Source of the DNA: an uncultured delta proteobacterium
GTDB lineage: Bacteria > Desulfobacterota > Binatia > Binatales > Binataceae
Direction of reading: 5' to 3'
Length of the DNA: 64,000 nt
NCBI GenBank assembly: GCA_963765675.1
Contig: CAVXXK010000006.1
Coordinates: 1-64,000, forward strand
Positions 20,520 to 30,072 of the stretch are shown piece after piece. The notes below the pieces were generated by a model, which was not told the DNA's origin, did no database searches, and saw nothing but the letters and a program-made list of their open reading frames with translations. The position numbers and the translations under genes are program-made. Numbering within the stretch: position 1 is the stretch's first letter; each line of letters starts with the position of its first letter.

Positions 20520-21692
20520 TCATAGGATCATCTCTGGTTTCGAGGTTCCGAGCAGCATTCCTCCGACCGCTCGCGCCAGTGGATCGGTCTGCAGGTAGGC
20601 GTGTCCCAGCGCGGCTTGCACATCCTGGAACCGGCGCTGGAGCGGATGGTCCAGAAAGATCGTGCGGCCGCTCGCGGCTCGAAACAGATCACCGACCGCC
20701 TTTCCAACGAGCTCGCATCCCCGATTCATGTTCCAGCGCATCTGCGCGCGGATTTGCATCGATGCCGCCTCGCGCGCCTCGGCCATCTGCCATAACTCGT
20801 TCGCGTCGGCGCGCATCCGCGCGACGGATGCATCGAGATACCAAACCGCTTCGGCAAGGCGCTGCTGAAGAATCGCGTCGTCCGCGGCCCGTGCTCCTGA
20901 CATGAGCCTGCGCTCGCGCGATGCTGCCGTCCACGCATCGACGAATCCTCGCGCGGACCCGAGCGCCGACGCGGCCAGCGCCATGTTGAACACCACCGAC
21001 CACGGCATACGGTAGAGCGGCCCCGGATTCACTTCTTGTCCGGGCAGCGGCGCATTGGTCGCGTAGTCGAGATGCGACTGCGTCCGATAATCGGGAACGA
21101 ACGTCTCTTCGACGACGATATCCTTGCTGCCGGTCCCCTTGAGGCCGGCGACATGCCAGTTGTCATCGATTCGGTACTGATCGCGCATCAGCAGGAACGA
21201 GCGAAAATCGCGAACCTGGTTTCCGCCGATCTCGCGCGATCCGCAGATCGCGCCCAGCATCACGCCGCCGCAGTGATCGCATCCCGACGAGAACGACCAT
21301 CGTCCCGACAACTTGTATCCGCCCGCAACTTTTTCGGCTTTGCCGGTCGGGTTGTACGACGACGAGTGCATCGTCGTGGGATCTTTGTCCCACATCTCGC
21401 GCTGCGCCTTATCCGGGAAGAGCGCGAGCTGCCACGGATGCACCCCGATCACACCGGCGACCCATCCAGCCGACGGCGACGCGCACGAGAGCTCGATCGC
21501 CGCGTCGACGAACTCGGCCAGAGAGACTTCGCCGCCGCCAAACCGGGCCGGCTGCAACGCTCGCAGGAAACCGCCGTCCAGCAGGAGCTTCCACGTCGAG
21601 TCGCTGAGCCGCCGGATCCCGTCGTCCTCGGCCGCATTAGCCGCAAGCCGCGCCGCAACCCGCCGCGCCTCTTCAACCACGTTCATCGTCAA
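20520..21692 (-). CDS. Flavin-dependent monooxygenase oxygenase subunit (HsaA-like, acyl-CoA dehydrogenase fold)
   Basis: GRWSFSSGCDH, WHVAGLKGTGS and LQRRFQDVQAALGH. Confidence 0.88.
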   Translation of the reverse strand: MTMNVVEEARRVAARLAANAAEDDGIRRLSDSTWKLLLDGGFLRALQPARFGGGEVSLAEFVDAAIELSCASPSAGWVAGVIGVHPWQLALFPDKAQREMWDKDPTTMHSSSYNPTGKAEKVAGGYKLSGRWSFSSGCDHCGGVMLGAICGSREIGGNQVRDFRSFLLMRDQYRIDDNWHVAGLKGTGSKDIVVEETFVPDYRTQSHLDYATNAPLPGQEVNPGPLYRMPWSVVFNMALAASALGSARGFVDAWTAASRERRLMSGARAADDAILQQRLAEAVWYLDASVARMRADANELWQMAEAREAASMQIRAQMRWNMNRGCELVGKAVGDLFRAASGRTIFLDHPLQRRFQDVQAALGHAYLQTDPLARAVGGMLLGTSKPEMIL

Positions 21693-21937
21693 TGCTCCTC
21701 CTCGCTGCTATCTGCCAGGCCGGACCTCTCTTACGATCGCCGACGAGCCCTCGATCCGTTCGCCTCGCATAGGCTCATACCGTCCGCCCAGAAGTTCGCG
21801 AGAAATCTAACGGGATGCTCACATGTCGTCGTGACAGCGGACGCAAAAAAGGGACCTCCTCGAGCGTGCGCGATGTTACCCCAAGGGCGCGCGCAAAATC
21901 GAGGAGGTTATCGAATCTGACCGTGATCGCTAAAGAC

Positions 21938-22342
21938 TTAGAATCCGCCCATCAGGGGGACGTTCGGGAATGAGTAATTCGTGAAACCGTCCGCGTAATA
22001 GTAATAAGGATACGGCTGATACTGATACGCCGAGTCGCCGTAATACGCGGGATTCGGATCGCATCGGTATCCGTCCTTGTCGCAATACATCAGCGGACCG
22101 TCTTCACCCTTGAGCAATCGCTGCGCACGCGCCTCGATGCTCGCCGATTGCGCAGGAGGTATCGCCGGCGCGTCTGAACCATAGGCGAAGTGATGAGGCT
22201 CAAGACTCGACGCGTAGGCCTGTACCGACTCTGCGTTGCTCGGGTTTTGCGCGAACGCGATAGCTGGAAAGGATAACGCGGCAATCGCGCAGATACCGAC
22301 GACCGCGCCTAACATTCGTTTGAAGATTGTTGAGGGTAACAT
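21938..22342 (-). CDS. Hypothetical secreted protein with Tyr/Pro-rich C-terminus
   Basis: GGAGG RBS, signal peptide ending AFA, YCDKDGYRC and YYYY tail. Confidence 0.6.
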   Translation of the reverse strand: MLPSTIFKRMLGAVVGICAIAALSFPAIAFAQNPSNAESVQAYASSLEPHHFAYGSDAPAIPPAQSASIEARAQRLLKGEDGPLMYCDKDGYRCDPNPAYYGDSAYQYQPYPYYYYADGFTNYSFPNVPLMGGF

Positions 22343-22376
22343 CGCGAATACCTCCATGAGGTCCGTAACCAAGAGG

Positions 22377-22392
22377 AGCATCGCACGTGCCA
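22377..22392 (-). promoter_or_regulatory. sigma54 promoter for the secreted hypothetical protein
   Basis: Minus strand TGGCACGTGCGATGCT. Confidence 0.65.
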
Positions 22393-22521
22393 GAGCGGAA
22401 AAGTGCCCAGACGGGCCAGACTTTCGAGCGCGTTTCGCCGATCAGGTCCTAAAGGACCCGGTAAGAAATGCCGGGTCGGAGATCTTTCGATCTCCGGCCG
22501 GGGTCATATCGGTGGACAATC

Positions 22522-24597
22522 CTAGTGCTGGAATGCGCCGAGATCGACCGGACTCGCGGGACGTACTGTTCCCATGATGTCGGTTGACGGCACACCGTAG
22601 GCGGTCGTGCCCGCGCCGATCGCGGGGCTTGCCGTCTGCAGCATGAAACTGATTGCCGGATTTACCAGCATCGGATTTTTTCCGGAGAGCTCAGCAGTTA
22701 TCGTGTCGCTCGTACTCGAGATCGACGCTGAGGAATCTCCGCTGGTACCGTCGAAGGTCAGGTTGTTCGCAAACGTATTGTCCGAGCCGCCCCCGTCGAG
22801 AATCGCGGTGTTGGAACTGTTCAAGCTTGGTGCAGCGACCAGCACGTTGTTGGCTATCGTGTTTGCGTTGGAGTTTTCCAGCGAGACCTCGCCGCGCCAG
22901 GTGTAGGTATTGGTCGTCGTGGCGTAGTCATCCCAGCAGGTGTTATTGAGGACCGTGACCGCGGTCGAATCGTACACTTTGACGCAGGCCCCAGTGTTCC
23001 CGTAACCCACGTTGTTCTCGACCAAAACCGCTGCGCTGTAACCGGTCGCGATGCCGCTGTCGATAATGATCCCGTTACCGTCGGTCCCGCCCTGCGGATT
23101 CAGGTTTGAGTATGAGTAGTTGTTCGCTACCGTAATGTGGTAGCCCGCCGCGCTGTCCGCCTGCATCGGTTCATAAACGGAGATTCCCGAGCCCGAGCCA
23201 GACCAGGTCGAGGCGTTTCCCGAGACGATATTGTGTTCGATGTCGATGTAGTCGCTGTTATTGACCTGGATTCCGCTGGCGGCGGCGCTGGTGACTTCGT
23301 TGCCGGTCAATTTCAAGTGCGCGCCGCCGCCCGAAGTGACGATTCCCCACATTCCCCCGGTTATCTCGAGATTCTCGACTGCGATGTAGGACTGCCCGTT
23401 GATATTCACCCCCATCGCGCTGGTGCCGCTCATGCTGATCGTGGCGCCGAGCGCGGTCGGAGCCGCCAGCGTGATCCATCCATTCGCGGTTCCCGAGTTG
23501 TTGAAGGTTACGCCCGTCGTGTAGGTGCCGGTTGCGCAGACCGTGTCGCCGGGATTCGCCGCGTCAACACCCTCTTGCAAGGTTAGGAAAGGCTTCGACG
23601 AACTGCCTGGCCCCGAATTGCTTCCCGATGGTGACACGTAGAGGGTACATGCGATCGAGGAGGTTGGTGTCGCGGTGGGCGATGCCGTGCCGGTCGGAGT
23701 TGCCGTTATCGTAGGTGTCGCGGTCCTTGTTGGAGTAGCTGTCCTGGTCGGCGTCGGAGTCGCGGTCCGAGTTGGAGTGGACGTTGTCGTGGCCGTCGGC
23801 GTAGCGGTCGTGGTCGGAGTTGGTGTAGCCGTCGCGGTTACCGCGATTGTGGGGGTTGCTGACACTGTCGGAGTCGCGGTTGCGGTTTGAGTTGAAGTCG
23901 CTGTTGCCGTCGAGGTCGCGGTCGGCGTTGCCTTTTTGGTCCGAGTTGCAGTTGCCGTCGCGGTCACGGTCGGCGTCGTGGTCGCTACGGCGGTCGGCGT
24001 TGCGGTCGCGGTAAATGTGGCGGTTGCCGTTTGAATCGGAGTCGGCGTGGATATCGGACTTGTCGTCGACGTGGGGAATGGTGTGGGGGTTTGCCGTGAT
24101 GTCGGTCCCCGCGGATCCAGGTTTCTAACTCGGCCGAACAACGGTACCGACACAGTCGGATTGGTCGCGTCGCTGAAGATCGTTAGCGTTCCTTGGTGCG
24201 TTCCGGTCGGACTCGCGGTAAAGGCAATGCTGACAATGCATCGGTCGCCCGGCTCCAATTGCCCCACGCAGGTGCTCGACGGAACAAATTCCGGGTTTGA
24301 AGATGTCAGGTTGGAAATTGTAATGGGCTGATTCTGACGGCGCGTTTTCCGATTGTGGAGAGTGACCCTTCCGGATTTGCGCTCGACCACCGCGCCTAGC
24401 TTGACGACCTCGGTTGCGGACTTGACTACCTGCGGTGAGACCTCGAGCGCTGCCGGCTCGACGTCTGAAGCGATCTGCGGCTGACTCTCGGCCGGATATT
24501 GTCCAGCGTATGAATTGGTGACTGCGAACAGCGCGGCAACGGTGGCGAGCAACGCGACGAGGACGGCAAGAACACTGCGGTTAAACTGAAAACCCAT
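22522..24597 (-). CDS. Secreted protein: Ig-like (ASH/choice-of-anchor D) domain, Thr-Pro linker, right-handed beta-helix (pectin-lyase-like) domain
   Basis: [23 protein letters not shown]; long T/P/A linker; [17 protein letters not shown]; DGNGIIID; [11 protein letters not shown]...DLGAFQ. Confidence 0.8.
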   Translation of the reverse strand: MGFQFNRSVLAVLVALLATVAALFAVTNSYAGQYPAESQPQIASDVEPAALEVSPQVVKSATEVVKLGAVVERKSGRVTLHNRKTRRQNQPITISNLTSSNPEFVPSSTCVGQLEPGDRCIVSIAFTASPTGTHQGTLTIFSDATNPTVSVPLFGRVRNLDPRGPTSRQTPTPFPTSTTSPISTPTPIQTATATFTATATPTAVATTTPTVTATATATRTKKATPTATSTATATSTQTATATPTVSATPTIAVTATATPTPTTTATPTATTTSTPTRTATPTPTRTATPTRTATPTITATPTGTASPTATPTSSIACTLYVSPSGSNSGPGSSSKPFLTLQEGVDAANPGDTVCATGTYTTGVTFNNSGTANGWITLAAPTALGATISMSGTSAMGVNINGQSYIAVENLEITGGMWGIVTSGGGAHLKLTGNEVTSAAASGIQVNNSDYIDIEHNIVSGNASTWSGSGSGISVYEPMQADSAAGYHITVANNYSYSNLNPQGGTDGNGIIIDSGIATGYSAAVLVENNVGYGNTGACVKVYDSTAVTVLNNTCWDDYATTTNTYTWRGEVSLENSNANTIANNVLVAAPSLNSSNTAILDGGGSDNTFANNLTFDGTSGDSSASISSTSDTITAELSGKNPMLVNPAISFMLQTASPAIGAGTTAYGVPSTDIMGTVRPASPVDLGAFQH
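23660..24100 (-). repeat. Low-complexity Thr-Ala-Thr-Pro coding repeats
   Basis: TATPT units repeated in translation. Confidence 0.85.
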
Positions 24598-25188
24598 CTC
24601 TTCCGCTTGAGGCGGCCCCTATTCCGCGTTCGTAGTTCGCGCGGCTGTCTTGCTACAAAAAGTAGCAGAATTGCTGCGCCATCAGTGGGAGAGCGAGTTT
24701 CGTGCCGGATTGTATTCATCTTTTGTCTACAACTTGTGTCATTTTGAGGTTGTCTCTGAGACAATTTTTTCCACTATCTGTAGCAAAACTGCGACGTTCA
24801 GCGCCGAGTTGGCGGCGCTGCTCCGCCCGCTGCGTCATCGCTTGTCCCACTCCGCGCCCAAGCCAGGCACCCCTGCGATTACGCGCGCGTCCAGCCTCCG
24901 TACGCCTGCTGAACAGTGATTTGTGTGTCAGAGCCGGTCCGTGAAAGGGCTCGCGCCTCGAAAACCGGTCCACCATCGCTCACTTGGATGTTCACATTCT
25001 GAATATGCTAAAAAAGAAGGAGTGGACTGATTAGCCCGTGACCTGTTTTGCATTGTCATGTTAAGCGGGGGTTTGCTATGTTGCGTCCACGTTAGTTCGA
25101 TTGACGACCATCAGTCCCCGGTCCTCGATGGTCGGGGGACTGCTGATTGCGATTTGTAATGTTCTGGAAGTTTGCAATGGAGACCACG

Positions 25189-25473
25189 ATGGATCAGGGC
25201 AATTCTCAGGCGCATGACTATCTGATTATCAACCGCGTCCAGTTATTGAGCGAATGCGGATGCAGCGCGTGCGGCGGCGGTTTCAGTCAAAGCCCGACGG
25301 GCGACAAGGCTCTCGTCGTCACGGTCGGCGAGGGCGGCAAGAGCTTCATATTCTGCGGCGGATGCGGCGACAATATCATGGGGCGAATCTCCTCCGACGA
25401 CGTGCGTAAGCATTACGTCTGGGATTGGGCGATCCCGCTCAGGAACGGGCGTCCCGCAACCCAGAGTTCCTGA
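25189..25473 (+). CDS. Hypothetical 4-Cys (zinc-ribbon-like) protein A
   Basis: GGAG RBS before ATG 25189; CSAC...CGGC...NIM...YVWDW. Confidence 0.7.
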   Translation: MDQGNSQAHDYLIINRVQLLSECGCSACGGGFSQSPTGDKALVVTVGEGGKSFIFCGGCGDNIMGRISSDDVRKHYVWDWAIPLRNGRPATQSS

Positions 25474-25497
25474 GCGCGCACCTCCGCGGCTGCCGCG

Positions 25498-26064
25498 ATG
25501 GACTCGATGAAGGGATGGCTCTCGATTGCTCCCATGGCGGGCGCGATCGCACGAGTTTCCCGGCGTGGCCGCTATTCTTGCTATCTGCTCGAACATGGGC
25601 TGGAACTTGCCGAGCCGTGCTGCGCTGCGTGCGGAATCGCATTTGATTCGCCGCGAGTCGTGGGCGAGCGTTTTCCCGTTGCGCTCCAGGTCTTCGACGC
25701 GCGCATCGGTGGCGAGGTTGCGCCTTCGACCCGGATGTTCGTCGGCGCCAAGGTGCTGATCTCGCGCGCGGGAGCGTCGCTCGCGCCGCTGCTCGATCGT
25801 TCGGTCACCTACGTCGGGGCCAGGGTGATGGTCGTGCTGGTGCGCTTCCGCCCCGGCCGCTATCTGCCGATCCTCCTGTGCCGCGCATGCGGCCATAACG
25901 TCATGGCGCATCTGCGCGAGGATAGTGAGGCGAGCTACACCTGGGATTGGATAGTGGAATTCCGGCCGCGCAAGATCCTCTCGCGGCTGAGCGGCCGTCT
26001 CGGATTGCGACCCTCCGTTAGCTTTCCGAAACTGCAGATGCGCGCGATAGCGGCCGCGCATTGA
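25498..26064 (+). CDS. Hypothetical 4-Cys protein B, paralog of A with internal insertion
   Basis: CAAC...CRAC...NVM...YTWDW aligns with protein A. Confidence 0.7.
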   Translation: MDSMKGWLSIAPMAGAIARVSRRGRYSCYLLEHGLELAEPCCAACGIAFDSPRVVGERFPVALQVFDARIGGEVAPSTRMFVGAKVLISRAGASLAPLLDRSVTYVGARVMVVLVRFRPGRYLPILLCRACGHNVMAHLREDSEASYTWDWIVEFRPRKILSRLSGRLGLRPSVSFPKLQMRAIAAAH

Positions 26065-26355
26065 ACGTCTCGAAGCCGCCGTGCGAATTCTCAGTAGCGG
26101 CGTCAATCCACCGATTCATGCGCGCGCTTTTTTCGTAGGCGCCGCCGCCGCCCTGACGCGGTGTCGGCCGTTTAATCCGGCCCGCGAATCTGCCGCAATC
26201 AAGAGTTATTCCCCGAGGTAAGGACTTTTGACATTTCGCGATGGCCGGACTACTAGTTGCCATCCGGTCAGTCCGGAAGTAGCGATGGCGGATCTGCAGT
26301 CGCGGGCAGGGAGGCCAAATAAACAAAGTTCTCTGAAAAGAGAACGGAGGTTCTT

Positions 26356-27666
26356 ATGCTCGTGGGGACTCGTACGTGGGGAACTGCACTCCTGAGCGCC
26401 GCGGCCTCGGTGATGCTCGCGACGATGGTGGCCGCTCCGGCAGCCGCTCAGGTCAAACCAGGTGATTACATCACCGCGGACCAGGCGGCCAAGGTCCGAA
26501 ATCTCGTCTCGCCGGGTGTGCTCTACAAGGTCGATCATGGGATGACGATGAAGATCGTTCCGACCGAGCGGATCGACTGGCCGCCGCCTTACAAAGACGC
26601 GACCGAGAAATACTCGGCCCAGGTCGATCTGTCGGCCGATCATCGCTCGCTGGTCGGCTACGTGGCGGGGCAGCCGTTCCCGCTGATCGACGCGAACGAT
26701 CCGTACGTCGCGACCAAGATCGCGTGGAACAACGTGTTCCGTCCGATCAACAGCGACGATTACGATCTGCGCTATTTCGATTGCGACACGGTTTATACCG
26801 GGCTCAACAAACCGTTCTTCGAAATCGCGTACGGACAGCTCGGCCACTACGCGGGCTACGATGAAGTCGGACGCACCGAAGTCGAGCCGCTGCCGACCGA
26901 CCCGGACTTCAAGAAGACCGGACGGCTGTGGCTGTTCTACCTCGGACCAGAACTCGCTCCGGTGGACGCGCGCGGCACCAGCCTTTTGCGCTGGCGCTAT
27001 GCGGACCCAAATCACGGCGACGACACGTGGACTTGGGAGACAGGATCTCGCCGCGTGCGTCGCTTGAACGAAGCGATCAACTCCTCGGCGACGGGATCGC
27101 AAACCTTCGATCCGGATCATTATTCAGGCTTCAATCCCAAGACCGAGGAATACGACTACAAGTTCATCGGAGAGAAGCAGATGCTCGCGTGCGTGCGCGC
27201 GGAGCATTCGCCCGAAGTGCGCTGCCCGACCGACGGTGGCGGAAGCGCGTGCCCCGAGGTCTGGGAGATGCGGCACATGTACGTGATCGAAGCGCTGCCG
27301 CGGAAAGTCAACAACTCCGGCGCACTGGATTCCCGCACCGTCATCTACGAAGACTCGGAAATGTGGTTCCAGCCGTATATCGATACCTATGACCGCGCGG
27401 GTCAGTTGTGGCGCAACCATATCTACTGGTCGGCGTTCCGTGATCGTCCGGTCCCCGATGCGAGGGTCGCGATTTATCCGTATAAACGCGAGTTCGTGGT
27501 CGGTGCGGCCTCGACCGACGTGCAATCCTCGATGGTGACGATGTGTTACCTGCCCGGAATGGAAACGCCGGAGCGCGAATGCTGGTACATCAACATGGGC
27601 GCAGTGGACAAGAGCTTCTTCACCCAGGAAGCGATGGTGAAAGCCGCAGTCAGCGGAGGCCGTTAA
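26356..27666 (+). CDS. DUF1329 domain secreted protein
   Basis: Signal peptide; VKPGDYIT, GYVAGQPFP, DDTWTW...RRVRRL, YDRAGQLWR and FTQEAM. Confidence 0.85.
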   Translation: MLVGTRTWGTALLSAAASVMLATMVAAPAAAQVKPGDYITADQAAKVRNLVSPGVLYKVDHGMTMKIVPTERIDWPPPYKDATEKYSAQVDLSADHRSLVGYVAGQPFPLIDANDPYVATKIAWNNVFRPINSDDYDLRYFDCDTVYTGLNKPFFEIAYGQLGHYAGYDEVGRTEVEPLPTDPDFKKTGRLWLFYLGPELAPVDARGTSLLRWRYADPNHGDDTWTWETGSRRVRRLNEAINSSATGSQTFDPDHYSGFNPKTEEYDYKFIGEKQMLACVRAEHSPEVRCPTDGGGSACPEVWEMRHMYVIEALPRKVNNSGALDSRTVIYEDSEMWFQPYIDTYDRAGQLWRNHIYWSAFRDRPVPDARVAIYPYKREFVVGAASTDVQSSMVTMCYLPGMETPERECWYINMGAVDKSFFTQEAMVKAAVSGGR

Positions 27667-27698
27667 GCGTTACCGCAACTCTCCCAAGGCCTGACTCG

Positions 27699-27740
27699 AA
27701 ACCGGCGGGATCACCTCGATCCCGCCGGTTTTATTTTTTT
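27699..27740 (+). terminator. Intrinsic terminator after DUF1329 copy 1
   Basis: AAACCGGCGGGATC-loop-GATCCCGCCGGTTTT followed by a T-run. Confidence 0.85.
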
Positions 27741-27758
27741 CGGATCGGCACTGGCTGT

Positions 27759-27995
27759 GTCATTCCCGCGCGTGGCTGCCGCGTGAGAGCCTGTCCTGCG
27801 CAACGCCGAAGGAAGTCCCGAACGATAAGCCGCCGCACGAGGTGAGGACTCGGCGCACGGCCGCTCGGGATTTCTCCCGGAGCTTGCCCTGAGCGACGTC
27901 AAAGGGGTCGAAATGACGGATGTGGGCTCGGTGCATGAGTATCGTAATCCCAGCCGAACCCTCATTCGTCATTTCGAGCGCTGCGCGAGAAATCC
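27759..27995 (+). repeat. Composite palindromic intergenic repeat (GTCATT...AATGAC family), copy 1
   Basis: Homologous to 29815-29971 and, inverted, to 36373-36591. Confidence 0.8.
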
Positions 27996-28390
27996 GGAGG
28001 CGGCCATGCTCATCGCAAACACTGCAGAGACGGGATCTCTTCAGAGCCGTCATATGCTGGGCGCCGATACTCGATATGATTAGCTCTGACCATCGAAGAA
28101 GCTGCGGATCATCTCGCATTCCGCTTTCGCGAATTAAAGGTCAGCAGCTCCGCAGAATAGGAACCACTTTGTATGGTTCCTTGCGGCGGCTATCTGTCGT
28201 TTAGTCTCTGGACAAATTCGTAAATTACCGACATTGTGTCAGAAGGGCGTAGTGAATTCTTTTGACACGATTCGGGTGCGGTACTTTTAGTGCAACGTCA
28301 CGCCGGAGCATCTTCCGGATACTCGCCGATCTGCAGTCGCGGGCAGAGACGCCTATTGAACAAGTTCTCTGGTAGGGGAACGGAGGTTTT

Positions 28391-29724
28391 TATGCGTTTG
28401 TGTACTCGCTTGTGGGAAAACAAGATCCTGAGCGTGGCGACGTCGCTGATACTGACCGCGATGGTGGCTGCGCCGGCAGCGGCGCAGGTCAAACCGGGTG
28501 ATGTCGTTACCGCCGCCAACGCGTCGGTGGTGCGCAACCTGGTTTCGCCGGGAGTTTATGCGCGCGTGCAGATGGGCATGCGAATGGATATCGTTCCGAC
28601 CGGCCGTATCGATTGGCCGCCGCCGTACAAAGACGCGACTGAGAAGTACGCGTCGCAGGTCACGCTCAGCAAGGATCATCGCACAATGATTGGATACGTG
28701 GCGGGGCAGCCATTTCCGCTGCTCGATCCGAACGATCCGGATGTCGCGACCAAGAGCAGTCTGGAACAACGTGTTCCGGCCGATCCAGAGCGATGACTAC
28801 GATCTGCGGTTCTTCGATTGCCAGAACCATATACCCGAAACTTGGCGGCACCGCAGCGCGTGATCGACGACGTCTAGGTCGGCCATTATGCGGGTTACAG
28901 CCTGGTGGGCCGCACCGAGGTCGAGCCGCTGCCGACTGATCCTGATTTCAAGGTCACCGGACGCCTGTGGATGTTCGCGCTTGTATCCGGTGCTGGCGCC
29001 GGCCGACGGAACGCGGCACCGGCCTCATCCGGTATCGCTACGCCAATCCGAACCAGCGGCGACGATTCCTGGACCTGGACAGACGGGAGCCCGCCGCGTT
29101 CGCCGTCTCGAATGAATCGCTCTTGAGCTCGACAACACTGGCACTGGCAGCCTTCGATCCGGATCACTACTCGGGCTACAACCCGAAGACCGAACAGTAC
29201 AACTACAAGTTGCTCGGTGAGCAGGAGATGCTCGCGTGCGTGCACGCCAAGAATTCGCCCGAAGTGACCTGCCCGTCCGACGCGCGGCTCGTCGGCCTGT
29301 CCTGAGGACTGGGAGATGCGCCACATCTATGTAGTCGAGGCGACCCCGCGCAGAGGCGTCGTTCAATCGACCAACGTTCTGGAAAGCCGCAACGTGGTTT
29401 ATCTCGACGCCGAAGTGTGGTTCCAGCCGTACGTCGATGAGTACGATCAGCAAGGGCGAGCTGTGTCCGCACCAATCTCTACTGGCTCGGCCTATCGCGA
29501 TCGTCCGGTCCCGGACGCGCGGGTCGCGATCTATCCGTTCAAGCGCGAGTTCGTCGTCGGCGCGAGCGTCGCTTGACGTGCAAGGCGGCCATTGCGACGA
29601 TGTGCTATCTGCCCGGCCAGCACACGCCCGAGCGCGAATGCTGGTACATCAACATGGGCGCGGTGGACAAGGATTTCTGCACCGTGCGCTCGATGGTGAA
29701 AGCGCAGTCAGCGGCGGCCGATAA
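28391..29724 (+). pseudogene. DUF1329 paralog, disrupted
   Basis: Colinear with copy 1 but split across frames by many indels; in-frame TAG near 28875 (DV*VGHYAGY versus GQLGHYAGY). Confidence 0.7.
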
Positions 29725-29756
29725 GCGTTAACGCAACGCGCCCAAGATCTGACTCG

Positions 29757-29797
29757 AAACCGGCGGGATCATCCGATCCCGACGGTTTTCTTTTTTT
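29757..29797 (+). terminator. Intrinsic terminator after DUF1329 copy 2
   Basis: Near-identical to 27699-27740. Confidence 0.8.
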
Positions 29798-29814
29798 CGG
29801 ATCGGCACTGGTGT

Positions 29815-29971
29815 GTCATTCCCGCGCGTGCCGCGCGCGAGAGCCTGTCCTGAGCAACGCCGAAGGAAGTCCCGAACGATAAGCCGCCGCACGAGGTGAG
29901 GACTCGGCGCACGGCCGCTCGGGATTTCTCTCGGAGCTTGCCCTGAGCGATGTCGAAGGGGTCGAAATGAC
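29815..29971 (+). repeat. Composite palindromic repeat, copy 2
   Basis: Near-identical to 27759-27918. Confidence 0.8.
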
Positions 29972-30011
29972 GGATGTCAAGTTCTCTGGTAGGCGATCGC
30001 GCCTGTTCTTC

Positions 30012-30039
30012 GTGGGGGCGGCTCGCGAGCCGCCCGTCT
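30012..30039 (+). repeat. REP-like palindrome GGGGCGGCTCGCGAGCCGCCCGTCT
   Basis: Same sequence recurs near 35352-35377. Confidence 0.75.
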
Positions 30040-30072
30040 CTGCTTTTGCTGACAGGGAGCCATGCGTCGGAC

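Noticed and set aside
23660-24100. Regular repeats that might be a CRISPR array
   Set aside because: They are codon-level Thr/Pro repeats inside a CDS, with no repeat-spacer structure or cas genes.
26246-28293. GG-N10-GC motifs upstream of both DUF1329 genes as sigma54 promoters
   Set aside because: They lack the TGGC core, and copy 1 fits TTGACA-N17-TACTAG equally well; too ambiguous to call.
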